Positions 1 to 8,849 of a DNA stretch of 26,658 nt are shown one piece after another (positions within the stretch are counted from its first letter, which is position 1; each line of letters opens with the position of its first letter). Both the position numbers and the translations under genes were made by a program. The notes beneath the pieces were generated by a model, which saw nothing but the letters and a program-made list of their open reading frames with translations, was not told the DNA's origin and ran no database searches. The DNA is from a virus. Lineage: Duplodnaviria; Caudoviricetes. Where the stretch lies: positions 1 through 26,658 of IMG/VR virus record IMGVR_UViG_3300030523_000132; one strand, given 5' to 3'.

Positions 1-1380
1 TCAGGCGGAGAGCGTCAGGTCCTCCGGTTCGAGGGTGAGAACCTCCTCGCGCGTGGCGAGTTGGATGGGGCAATGGCGAGCGATGGGCGTCTTCGCCGTC
101 ACCAGGCATAGGGTCTGGGATGGACACCCGTTGAGGCCGAGGCCGAGGGTGAACTTGGACGCGCCGGGGAGCGACCCGTTGGTGATGCTCGTGCAAAACC
201 CATCCGTCATCATCCCGACGTTGTGCAGGTGCGAGTGGAACGAGCCCCGGAACTTGCGGTGCGTCATGCTCTCCATCTTCGCCCGCGTCTTGAGCGCCGA
301 GATGGGAGCCGGACCGCCACCTCCAGGACGCGGCTGATCACCGTGGAAGGCGATCATGTCGTGTCCATAGAGCTGAAACACCTCGAACCAGTTAGCGCAC
401 TCCCGGATCTCGACGTTGCGCGCGCCCGCGATCTGACAATGGAGGCCCAGGAGGTGGGGGACCAGGACCGCGTACGAGTCCGCGTGCTCCGACTGTCCCT
501 TCGGGCCCGCTCCCCGGTCGTGGTTGCCTGGCACGTTGAGCATCCGGAGCAGCCGCACTTCCCGCGCGAGGGGAACGAAGAGGCAGGACGCGACGGCCTC
601 CGCTACCCCGCGCACCTGGAGCGCCAGGCCGAACGTGTCGTGGACCTGGCCCTCGTGCATGTACCTGTGCTCGATCCAGTCGCCGAGGCCGAGGACGAGG
701 AGCTGGTCCACGCGGTGGTTCACCCGGAACTCCCGCAGCAGTGCCACGACCTCGGTGCAGAGGAGCTCGAGGCGCTGGCGTAGGATCGCGCCGTCGAACG
801 ACGCAAGGCCGTTGCTCGCCTCGCGCGTGAGCACGAGCCCGTTGTGAAGGTCGGAGAGGGAGAGCACCGCCGTCCCGTCGGGGAGCGTCCGGAGGTCCGG
901 CGCGGGCGGCGCGAACGGGGCTACGGGCGTCGCTGATGATGCGACGATCCCGGAGAGCGCAGCGAGGAAGTCCTCGCCACGCACGGCCTGCCGCCGGAGC
1001 GCGCGGTTCTCGCGCTGCGCCTCCGTGAGGAAGTCACGGGTGCGCTGTTCCCGCGCCACGGCCTTCGCCACCAGCACGTCGGCATCGCCGTCCGGCACCT
1101 CCACCGTTCCCGACGGCGCGATCGGGCGTACGGGTGGGGTGGCCTCCTGTTCGGGGATGGGGCCACGGGTGCGGCGCAATCGGCGCATCTCCGCGAACTC
1201 CTCGCGGGCACGGACCGTCGAGAGATCCGCGCGATAGAGGCGCTGTTCCACCGCCTTGGTGGTCAGATCGTGGCCTCGCTCGCGCAACAGGCGAGCGAGG
1301 CCACGGCAGCCGAGGCGGTAATCGCGCTCGATGAACTCGTTGAGTGCCTCGATCGCATCGGGGGTCCAAGGGCTGGCCAT
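1..1380 (-). CDS. Calcineurin-like metallophosphoesterase with N-terminal HTH-like region and coiled coil (459 aa)
   Basis: Ordered motifs SDLH, LGDWIE, PGNHD, FHGD, HSHLH. Start moved to ATG 1380 (MASPW) behind AGAGGAG. Stop TGA at 1-3. Confidence 0.85.
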   Translation of the reverse strand: MASPWTPDAIEALNEFIERDYRLGCRGLARLLRERGHDLTTKAVEQRLYRADLSTVRAREEFAEMRRLRRTRGPIPEQEATPPVRPIAPSGTVEVPDGDADVLVAKAVAREQRTRDFLTEAQRENRALRRQAVRGEDFLAALSGIVASSATPVAPFAPPAPDLRTLPDGTAVLSLSDLHNGLVLTREASNGLASFDGAILRQRLELLCTEVVALLREFRVNHRVDQLLVLGLGDWIEHRYMHEGQVHDTFGLALQVRGVAEAVASCLFVPLAREVRLLRMLNVPGNHDRGAGPKGQSEHADSYAVLVPHLLGLHCQIAGARNVEIRECANWFEVFQLYGHDMIAFHGDQPRPGGGGPAPISALKTRAKMESMTHRKFRGSFHSHLHNVGMMTDGFCTSITNGSLPGASKFTLGLGLNGCPSQTLCLVTAKTPIARHCPIQLATREEVLTLEPEDLTLSA

Positions 1381-1549
1381 GGGGGCTCCTCTGTGAGGCG
1401 GGGTAGGTCGGGGCCGCTCCCTGTCGATCGCGGCTGGCCCAGGAGGACCAGGTGCATCCCACCACCACGCCGCGATCGTCGTTGCGTCTCTGCGCTCCCG
1501 CAACGCCCATCACGGTGGCGATGCGGCACCATGCGGGTGCGGCGGGGCG

Positions 1550-2269
1550 TCAGGAGGGGGAGGAGATGGAACCGCTCGTCCCGTCGGAGCTGGTCCAGGT
1601 CGAGGTCGTGCCGTCGTGGACGTCGATGGAGACCAGGGGCCCGTCGTGCGCCGCACCATCCTCGGTGCGGCGCCCGCCCTGCTGTGCCGCGAGGCGACGC
1701 TCGAGGTCGGCCACCCGGGTCTGTTGCTCGTGGAGGTCTCGCTCGGTGTGGGCGACGCGATCCTGGAGCTGGTCGCGGTCCAGGCGGACGGTCTTCAGCT
1801 CGTCGGAGAGTTGCGCGATTTGAACATCGCGCTGGCCGATCTGCTGGCGGTGCTGCTCCTCGATTTGCCGGATGCGTTCCAGCGCCGCCTCGAGCTGCGC
1901 GGCAATCCGGGCGTTGCCCGCGATCAGGTCGGGGATCAGCTTGAGCTGCTCGGCCTGCGCGTGGAGCTCCAGCCGGAACCGCTCCTCACCCGCTTGCAGC
2001 ATGGCGAGTTGCTGGCCTTGGACCGAGATCATATCGACGTACGTCTTGTCGAGGCGGTCCTGCGCCACGACCTGGACCTTCAGCTGCCCGCGATCCGCGA
2101 GCCATTTGAGGCCGACGAACAGGGCGGCGGTGGTCGCCAGGAGCACGATGAGGCCACCGAGGATCTCCAGAAGCTGGAGCCACGGTAGCGCGTTGGTTGC
2201 GGCGTTGGTCACCGACGGCGTGGCCGTCGGGGCAACCACGCCCACGGCGAGGGAAAGCATCGAGAGCAT
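1550..2269 (-). CDS. Membrane-anchored coiled-coil protein, possibly holin- or lysis-associated (239 aa)
   Basis: ATG 2269 behind AAGGAGG. Hydrophobic N-terminus, TM segment LLEILGGLIVLLATTAALFVGLKWL, long Q/E/L heptad region. Function inferred from position only. Confidence 0.6.
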   Translation of the reverse strand: MLSMLSLAVGVVAPTATPSVTNAATNALPWLQLLEILGGLIVLLATTAALFVGLKWLADRGQLKVQVVAQDRLDKTYVDMISVQGQQLAMLQAGEERFRLELHAQAEQLKLIPDLIAGNARIAAQLEAALERIRQIEEQHRQQIGQRDVQIAQLSDELKTVRLDRDQLQDRVAHTERDLHEQQTRVADLERRLAAQQGGRRTEDGAAHDGPLVSIDVHDGTTSTWTSSDGTSGSISSPS

Positions 2270-2283
2270 CGTGAGCCTCCTTG

Positions 2284-2520
2284 TCAGCCGCGGATGGCGC
2301 TTGGCTGCGCGACGAACGCCCAGTACGTCCTCGCGTCTCCCTGCACGGGCGCGCACTCGCTCGTAGAGACCACGAGCGCGCGCCCGTTCGTTGCCTTCCC
2401 GTCGAAGGCCTTGGGATCACCGGGAGCGGTGCCAACGTAGTGCGAACAGGCAGAATCCGTCGCGGCGTCCACGCGGCACGCCGGGCACACGGAGGGACGC
2501 GGCGAGAGCCGCCGCGTCAC
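2284..2520 (-). CDS. Small hypothetical Cys/His protein (about 78 aa, start uncertain)
   Basis: Fills the gap between two genes and ends just before the next RBS. Contains CPAC-x9-CSH. GTG start with no clear RBS. Confidence 0.4.
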   Translation of the reverse strand: MTRRLSPRPSVCPACRVDAATDSACSHYVGTAPGDPKAFDGKATNGRALVVSTSECAPVQGDARTYWAFVAQPSAIRG

Positions 2521-2551
2521 GTCGGGATGGCGGCGACGCTCGTCGTCTCGC

Positions 2552-3271
2552 TCACGGAACCACCGTGGGGATCGGGGCTGGGCTGGGGGAAGCACTGGCG
2601 TTGGTGAGGGCATCGGGGGCTGTCCTTTCTGGCTCCGCGGCCGGAGTCGGGGTGGGGCTGGTGGTGCGCGGCGACGGAGCCACGTCGCCTCCGTCGGGAG
2701 GCCGCGCCCCGATGGTTGCCTCGGGGCCAATGACCTGGTAGCGCGCCTCGTGGGTCAAGGCCCAGTCGTGGAGCGCCATGATGCGCCCGGTGAACAACGC
2801 AGCGCGCTTCCTCGAAGGCACGATGTTCAGGTCGTTCACCTCCGCCTGCGCCCCCTCTTCGTTTCTTTTGCCGCTGAAATTGTACGAGCCATCCACGACG
2901 AGCCAGGCGTCGATGACCATGGTTTTCAGGTGCATGATGTGGCCGGTGGGGGACGTGGCGATGACGACGGAGAGGAGCGGGGTGCGCGTCGCTGCCTCGA
3001 CGAGGCGGAGGACGAGGGGATGCTCGGCGGTCCCGGTGCTCTCGGTGTGATCGAGGACGACGACGACGCGAACACCCTGCGCTGCTTTGGCGATCAGCGC
3101 GTCCACGAGGTCGGGCATCGTCAGCCCGTAGTCCGCGATGTAGATCGAGGTCGTGGCCGACGCGATGGCGGCGAGGAGCGCCGCCCGCGCGTCGTCCCAC
3201 GGCGAGATCAGGGTCTGCACGAGGTCCTGGAGGTCGAAGCCCTCCGGGAGGGCCGGGAGGGGTAAGGGCAT
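2552..3271 (-). CDS. Phospholipase D-like (Nuc/PLD6-type, single HKD) protein
   Basis: HLKTMVID (HxKxxxxD) followed by GSYNFS. Typical N-part AIASATTSIYIADYGLT...GVRVVVVLD. GGAGG upstream. Confidence 0.9.
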   Translation of the reverse strand: MPLPLPALPEGFDLQDLVQTLISPWDDARAALLAAIASATTSIYIADYGLTMPDLVDALIAKAAQGVRVVVVLDHTESTGTAEHPLVLRLVEAATRTPLLSVVIATSPTGHIMHLKTMVIDAWLVVDGSYNFSGKRNEEGAQAEVNDLNIVPSRKRAALFTGRIMALHDWALTHEARYQVIGPEATIGARPPDGGDVAPSPRTTSPTPTPAAEPERTAPDALTNASASPSPAPIPTVVP

Positions 3272-3298
3272 CGGGGGAACCTCCGTGCGGTGCGACGA

Positions 3299-4495
3299 TC
3301 AGGCGTAGGGCCCAGCGGCCGCGATCTGAACGTTGCCGAGCAGGTGCAGCGCGTTGGCGCTGGTGTCCGTGACCTGCGTCGCGGCTCCGGTGGGCTGCCG
3401 CGCCATGTAGTCGCCGTAATCCCCCGACACATCGGCGCTGGGCACGGGCAACCCGAGGTGCGCGCTTTGGCTCAAGCCCTGGACGTGCCGCAGCTTGGAG
3501 AACGAGATCGGGCCTCCGGCCGCCGTGGCCAGGTAGTTGCCCGACCCCGCGTTGCCGACCCCGAGGATCCCCGTGAGGGAGGGGCGCGTGGCTGGCACGC
3601 CATTGAGGACACTGCTCGACGACGCCGGTGCCAGCGCCACCCCGGACCCGTTGAACACCAGGCCACCGATCACCAGCGTCGAGTTCGTCGCCGAACTCAC
3701 TTCCCCGCCCCACGTGCACCAGCAGAACTGGTTCAGGGGGATCGCCACGGTGGAGAGATCGAGCGTGCCCGCGACACCGTTGGTGACGCTCTCCAGGACG
3801 ACGTGCCCGGCGGCGGTGAGCTTGGTCCGGAAGAAGCCGGCGCTCCCGAAATTGTGGTCGCCGATCGTGGTGTCCCCCGTCGGGAGCGCCGTCGCGATGA
3901 CGAAGAGGCCGAACGTGTCTCCGACCGTGCCCCCCGTCGGGCCAAACAACATGCTGCTGACGCCGCTCACTGATGCACCTCCTGACCACGATTGCGCGTC
4001 GAACACGCCGCGCGATGCCGCGCCGCTCCACGATTGCGCGTCGAACACGCCGCGCGATGCCGCGCCACTCCACGACCCGCCCGGAGGCTGGATCGCCACC
4101 ACGTTGTTGCTCGCCTGGTACGCCCACCACCGCTCGTACGTCGCCATGTAGAGCCCGATGACGTTCTGGCTCGCGGGCTTCGTCACGTTGCCCCAGTTGT
4201 TCTCCTGCGTCATGTAGAGGACGGCCGCTCCGTTGTGGACCGGCACGGTGAACAGCACGTATCTGTCCTTGGAGATGTCCACCGCCGTCACGGGGGTGCT
4301 GCTTTGCGTTCCCCAGAGGATCGCTGGCGTCAGCGCGGGCAGCGTGTCGGTGTAGAGGACGTTTGCGGACACGCCGTTGTACTGCGTGTACTTCACCGGC
4401 GTCGCGGCGTACAGATAGAAGGATGCGGCCGTGTCGGGGCCCGTGCGGGCCAGGAGCCCCGTGGTCTCGTTGAGGATCGCGCTGTACTCCGCCAC
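3299..4495 (-). CDS. Minor tail or receptor-binding protein, C-terminal half possibly LamG/ConA-like (398 aa)
   Basis: GTG 4495 behind AGGAGG. T/S/G/A-rich beta-type composition, follows the large tail gene, ends VTDTSANALHL. Fold call is tentative. Confidence 0.6.
   Translation of the reverse strand: MAEYSAILNETTGLLARTGPDTAASFYLYAATPVKYTQYNGVSANVLYTDTLPALTPAILWGTQSSTPVTAVDISKDRYVLFTVPVHNGAAVLYMTQENNWGNVTKPASQNVIGLYMATYERWWAYQASNNVVAIQPPGGSWSGAASRGVFDAQSWSGAASRGVFDAQSWSGGASVSGVSSMLFGPTGGTVGDTFGLFVIATALPTGDTTIGDHNFGSAGFFRTKLTAAGHVVLESVTNGVAGTLDLSTVAIPLNQFCWCTWGGEVSSATNSTLVIGGLVFNGSGVALAPASSSSVLNGVPATRPSLTGILGVGNAGSGNYLATAAGGPISFSKLRHVQGLSQSAHLGLPVPSADVSGDYGDYMARQPTGAATQVTDTSANALHLLGNVQIAAAGPYA
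3986..4075. repeat. In-frame 42-bp tandem duplication (2 copies plus 6 nt)
   Basis: 3986-4027 and 4028-4069 differ at one base. Encodes SWSGAASRGVFDAQ twice. Confidence 0.95.
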
Positions 4496-4535
4496 CGATG
4501 GACCTCCTGGCGATGCGATGGACCAGCGGCGGGTG

Positions 4536-7500
4536 TCACTGGTTGCCGAAGATCTTGAGGATGTGCAGCGCGTACTGGTTGCTCGCGGCGTAGTCCGTCG
4601 GCGAGAGCACCGGCCCCAGGTGGGTCGAGAGCGTCGTCTCGGTCTCCGCCCATCCCCCACCGCTCCCCATCTTGATGGAGTGCTTGACGACGTACATGGA
4701 GACGCCCGCGTAGGAGTAGCCCTGCACCGCGACCACCGCTCCCGCTCGGTTGGTCTGGAGGATCGACGGAGCCGATGCGGTCAGTGGAACCAGCATGGTG
4801 GGACGCAGCCGCCGCAGCGCCGCCTGCGTCGTCACGAACGACGAGGGCACCGTCACCGTCGTCATCGGCACCGACGCGTTGCCGAGCCACGAGAGGACCA
4901 TGCCGAGCAGGTTGGTGCTGGCCGTCTGGATCGGAACGGACACGTTGGTCTGGAGCTGCGTCAGGCTCTCCGCGCGCTGCCGGTAGATCGGGCAGCCCTG
5001 CGCGACGACCCAGTACCACCACTCCCCGCGCCCGTCGAGGCGTCGCTCCACGTAGAAAGACGCCGGGATGGCGGTGGTCTGGAGGTGGGTGTTGTCGGCC
5101 GAGAGGTGCGTGGTCGTATTCACCGCGCTCCCCGAGATCGGCGCGGTCGCCTGCGGCCCGATGGTCCGCAAGTTGTTGTGCGGGTACGTCCCCGTGACCG
5201 CGTAGACGAGCGACGAGAACGCCACGCCCGCCGAGAGCTTGCCCTTCGTGAGGTCCGACCAGAAGAAGGCCGCGGAGCGCGACTGGAACACCTGCGTCGC
5301 GTTGGCCGCGACGAAGACGTTCTCGGACACACCGATGAACGACTGTTGCTGGCCACCCGTGACGCCCTGGATCGCCACGCCGTCCAGGCCGTTCTGGCCG
5401 TCGAGGCTCTTCCAGCCCTTCCCGTCCAGGGTCGCGCTCCAATACACGCCGTTGTTGGTGGAGGCGAACACGGAGGTGTACACGCCGTTGAGGGTCAAGC
5501 CGAGGCCCACGCACGAGTTCACCTGGAGCGCCTGGCCGGTCGGTCCGACGAGCGAGCCGTCGGCGTTGCCGGCAAGGAAGGATCCCCAGTTCCCCGAGGT
5601 ATTGACCAAGAAGTAGCAGGGCGATCCCCCGCCGCCGGTCATGGCCCACACGCTGTCCTGCGGCGTGGTGCCGGCGGTGATGACCCGTGAGAGGCTCGTC
5701 GCCTTCACCCCGGCGGGCAACGCGTAGGCGGTGGGGACCGGCGTGGCGACCGTCGCCGTCGCGGTGTGCCGGAAGATGTGCCCCTGGTCGGCCTTGGTGA
5801 TGGTCCAGAACGTCAGGGCGTCGGTCACCACCATGTCGATGATGCTCTCCGAGAGCAGCGTCGCGTCCCAGCCGCCGTAGTCGGATCCGGTCGTGGACGC
5901 TCCGCCCGGGTAGCGATAGATCCCATCGTAGCGCTGCGGGTTGGCGTCCCCGAACACGTGGGCGAAGAGCACCGCGTTGCCGGATGCGTCCGGCACCATG
6001 GCGAGCCGCGCCACGCGCGCCGAGAGCGAGCCCACCTGCACCCAGGCGCTGGTGTCGGTCGGGCTGGACGGGTGCGAGAACACGCCCAGCGGCGTCCCGA
6101 TGTAGAGCATCGCGTGCGCGTTGTCGAACGCGATGGAGAGCACTGGCAGCTGCGGGCTGTTCGGCCAGGGCCGGATCGCCCCATCCCCGAACCAGAAATA
6201 CAAGCCTCCCGAGCGGCCTCCGATGTCGATCCCGAGCAGCACGAGGTTGTCGGTCCACTGGTCGCGGTTGGTCGATTGCCCGGGTGGCGCGGTGTTGATC
6301 ATCGCGAGCGCCGCCACGCGGTAGCCAGCGGGGAACCCGGCGGCGCTGTTGCCACCGAGGAACGACGCCTCGCTGTAGACGCCCGAGAGGTCGGTGTCCA
6401 CCACGAGGCCGTCCAGGACGACCCGCGCCTCCACCGTCTCGTCCATGACCGCGCCCTGGTTGCTGCCGTTGAAGGCAAAGCCGCTGTACGGCGTACCTCC
6501 GGCGTTGCCCACGATGAGGGCATTGGAGGCGGCGGGTGTCGTCGTCGTGGTGGAGGACGTTGCCGCTGCGTACACCTCGATGCCGTTGATGACCGGGAGT
6601 TGCGAGACGCTCACCAGCGAGACGACGATGTGCCCGTTGGCATCGGCGGTCGCCAGGGCGTCCACCGAGTACGCCTTGTACTCGCCGCCCGGCGTGCCCA
6701 CGGTGTCGAGGTGGGAGAAGACGGTCGTTCCATTGTAGACCACGTTTTCGATGCGGTTGCCCGCCGTGCTGTAGTATAGCTCGCAGAAGTGCGTCCGGAC
6801 GATGTACTGGACGCCCGGTGTCAGGCCGGGCAGGGTGTACGTGGGCGGGTTGGGGCTGTTGTACGCATAGCTCTGGTAGACCGCTTGCGGGGCCGGATGG
6901 GCGGCGGTCGTCAGGTCGATCGCGTTCGCCGTCGCGCTCGACTGCGGAGCCACGTCGTAGTCGCGGTCGGCGACGAAGGCGGTCCCGGCCACCGCCGGGC
7001 CGCCGCAGTTGATCGCCAACAAGGCCGTGCCGGTGGCCGTGGGTGGCGGTCCCAGCACTGGCGAGCCAGCCGGGTAGATGATCCAGATCCCCGAGATGGT
7101 CGGAAGGTCCGTGACCGCCACGAAGGAGACCGTGATCTTGCCCGACGCATCGGCGGCTGTGTTCGCGTCGAGTTCGCTCGCCGAGAACTCCAGGCTCCCA
7201 CCAGCCACCCACGGGCAGAAGCTCGTTGCGATGGTGGTTCCGTTCACCACGACGTTGAAGACGCGACCGTTCGTGTTCTCGGTGATCTCCGCGAAGAAGA
7301 GCCGGACCTTGTACGTAGCGCCCGCCGTGAGCCCTGGGATCGTGTAGACGAGACCGTTCTGGTAGCTCTCGCTTTGGAACAGCGCCATGGGAGGCGGACT
7401 GGTGACCCGAGAGAGGTCGATCGCGGTGCTCGTGTATACGGTGGCGTACGGTCCGCTGTAGTCCGTATCGGCCACGAACGGACTTCCCGTGATGGCCCCG

Positions 7501-8318
7501 CCGCCGCAGTTGATGGCGACGACGGTTTGGTCGGCCGTCGTGGTCGCGGTCGTGGTGCCAGGCCCGATCGCTGGGAGTCCGAGCACCGCCGAGAGGTTCA
7601 GCGGTGCGTCGCTCGTATCCCACACCCCGTGCCCGCGCCCGCCCTGCGGCTGCGCGTCTCCCGCGATGACCACGCCACCGAGCAGCTTGTTGGTCTCCTG
7701 GATCGCCTTGAGGACGCTGTCCGCGTAGCTCTCCAGGTTGGTCGCCTGGCCCGCGATGCTCGGATCGAAGAACCCCGAGAAGACGAGGCGTGGCTTGCCC
7801 ACCCACGAGCCCTTCCCGGGCTGGACGCGCAGGATGCCCGCGACGCCGGGCAGCGTGTTGCCCGACGAGATGCCGTAGTGGGAGGGTTGCAGGGGCACGA
7901 TCGTACCGGCCGCTCCGGCGATCGCGTCCTGGAACTTCACATCGAGAAAGCTCTGGTACATCACGATGGTGTCCGCGAGCAGCGAGGCGAGGTCGTCGCC
8001 GCCGAGGCGGAGCAGGGATCCGTCGGTGCGTGGCTCGCGGACGACGTGCTCGACCAGGTGCCGCACGTCGATCGGGCCCGTGGAACCTTCGAGGCCGAAC
8101 TCCATGAGGACGGGGAGATACGTCGCGTTATCCGAGCCACCCACCGCCTTCAGCGCCGCCGGCACCGCGTCCGGCTCCGAGAGCGGCACCGACAACGAGA
8201 TCTTCACGGGGAGATCTAGCTCGTGCTCGATGCTGTAGTCCGCGACGTTCGTCGAGTCCGCGATGATGGTGTCGCCGGAGAGATCCCGGAACCGCACGTA
8301 CGGCGTGAGTGCTGCCAT
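4536..8318 (-). CDS. Large tail-tip/baseplate protein with two malectin-like domains and a probable beta-propeller (1260 aa)
   Basis: Follows tape measure and distal tail. Two domains AINCGG...FVAD.DY...Y/FQS...YT.PGLT.G..Y.VR..F.E...R..NVV.NG...P.I.GI. Blade-like motifs LYIGTPLGVF and VFASTNNGVYWS. Confidence 0.8.
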   Translation of the reverse strand: MAALTPYVRFRDLSGDTIIADSTNVADYSIEHELDLPVKISLSVPLSEPDAVPAALKAVGGSDNATYLPVLMEFGLEGSTGPIDVRHLVEHVVREPRTDGSLLRLGGDDLASLLADTIVMYQSFLDVKFQDAIAGAAGTIVPLQPSHYGISSGNTLPGVAGILRVQPGKGSWVGKPRLVFSGFFDPSIAGQATNLESYADSVLKAIQETNKLLGGVVIAGDAQPQGGRGHGVWDTSDAPLNLSAVLGLPAIGPGTTTATTTADQTVVAINCGGGAITGSPFVADTDYSGPYATVYTSTAIDLSRVTSPPPMALFQSESYQNGLVYTIPGLTAGATYKVRLFFAEITENTNGRVFNVVVNGTTIATSFCPWVAGGSLEFSASELDANTAADASGKITVSFVAVTDLPTISGIWIIYPAGSPVLGPPPTATGTALLAINCGGPAVAGTAFVADRDYDVAPQSSATANAIDLTTAAHPAPQAVYQSYAYNSPNPPTYTLPGLTPGVQYIVRTHFCELYYSTAGNRIENVVYNGTTVFSHLDTVGTPGGEYKAYSVDALATADANGHIVVSLVSVSQLPVINGIEVYAAATSSTTTTTPAASNALIVGNAGGTPYSGFAFNGSNQGAVMDETVEARVVLDGLVVDTDLSGVYSEASFLGGNSAAGFPAGYRVAALAMINTAPPGQSTNRDQWTDNLVLLGIDIGGRSGGLYFWFGDGAIRPWPNSPQLPVLSIAFDNAHAMLYIGTPLGVFSHPSSPTDTSAWVQVGSLSARVARLAMVPDASGNAVLFAHVFGDANPQRYDGIYRYPGGASTTGSDYGGWDATLLSESIIDMVVTDALTFWTITKADQGHIFRHTATATVATPVPTAYALPAGVKATSLSRVITAGTTPQDSVWAMTGGGGSPCYFLVNTSGNWGSFLAGNADGSLVGPTGQALQVNSCVGLGLTLNGVYTSVFASTNNGVYWSATLDGKGWKSLDGQNGLDGVAIQGVTGGQQQSFIGVSENVFVAANATQVFQSRSAAFFWSDLTKGKLSAGVAFSSLVYAVTGTYPHNNLRTIGPQATAPISGSAVNTTTHLSADNTHLQTTAIPASFYVERRLDGRGEWWYWVVAQGCPIYRQRAESLTQLQTNVSVPIQTASTNLLGMVLSWLGNASVPMTTVTVPSSFVTTQAALRRLRPTMLVPLTASAPSILQTNRAGAVVAVQGYSYAGVSMYVVKHSIKMGSGGGWAETETTLSTHLGPVLSPTDYAASNQYALHILKIFGNQ

Positions 8319-8349
8319 CGGTCCTCGACCCCCTTGCTTGTCGTCGTCA

Positions 8350-8823
8350 TCATTGCCAGTCGGAGAGCAGGATGAACTTGAACGGGAACAGGTAGGCGTA
8401 CGTGTTGATCCCCGACTTCAGCGCTTGCGGGGCGCTGATGCACCGCGCGAAGGCTTTGGCCGTCCCAGCGCCGCTCGCCGTTTGGACCGTGAGGTAGCCG
8501 ACCTCCCCGCTCACGCCCGTCGTGGTGCCCATGGTGTAGGTGCCCCGGAGCGCGGTGCGGATCGCGTTGAACTGCGCCTCGACATCCGCGTAGGAGGCCG
8601 AGGCGGTCTGCCCGTAGGCCGCCACGAGCAGGTACTCGAACTCGGCGGTGGGGTGGTCGTAGGGCGCTTGGGAGAGCCCGTAGTGATCGAACGGGTAGGG
8701 CGCGCCGGTGTGCGCCATGGCCACCACGCGATCGTCGCTGATGCGCACGACCGACGCTCGCGTGGGGTCCAGGGTGGGGAGGTTGGCGAACGAGACGATG
8801 CCTCCGAAGGGGCTGCTGGCCAT
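8350..8823 (-). CDS. Probable distal tail (Dit-like) protein
   Basis: 157 aa directly after tape measure, with GGAGG RBS. Function from position only. Confidence 0.55.
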   Translation of the reverse strand: MASSPFGGIVSFANLPTLDPTRASVVRISDDRVVAMAHTGAPYPFDHYGLSQAPYDHPTAEFEYLLVAAYGQTASASYADVEAQFNAIRTALRGTYTMGTTTGVSGEVGYLTVQTASGAGTAKAFARCISAPQALKSGINTYAYLFPFKFILLSDWQ

Positions 8824-8849
8824 CGCTGGTCCTCCTCTCCTTCTTCCCG

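Noticed and set aside
3986-4075. Possible CRISPR mini-array or DGR repeat pair
   Set aside because: Copies are contiguous with no spacers and stay in frame. No cas or reverse transcriptase gene is present.
4393-7806. 1137-aa alternative-frame ORF, and similar ones such as 2517..4130 and 13392..14585
   Set aside because: Arg/Gly/His-rich shadow frames expected in high-GC coding DNA, with no recognisable motifs.
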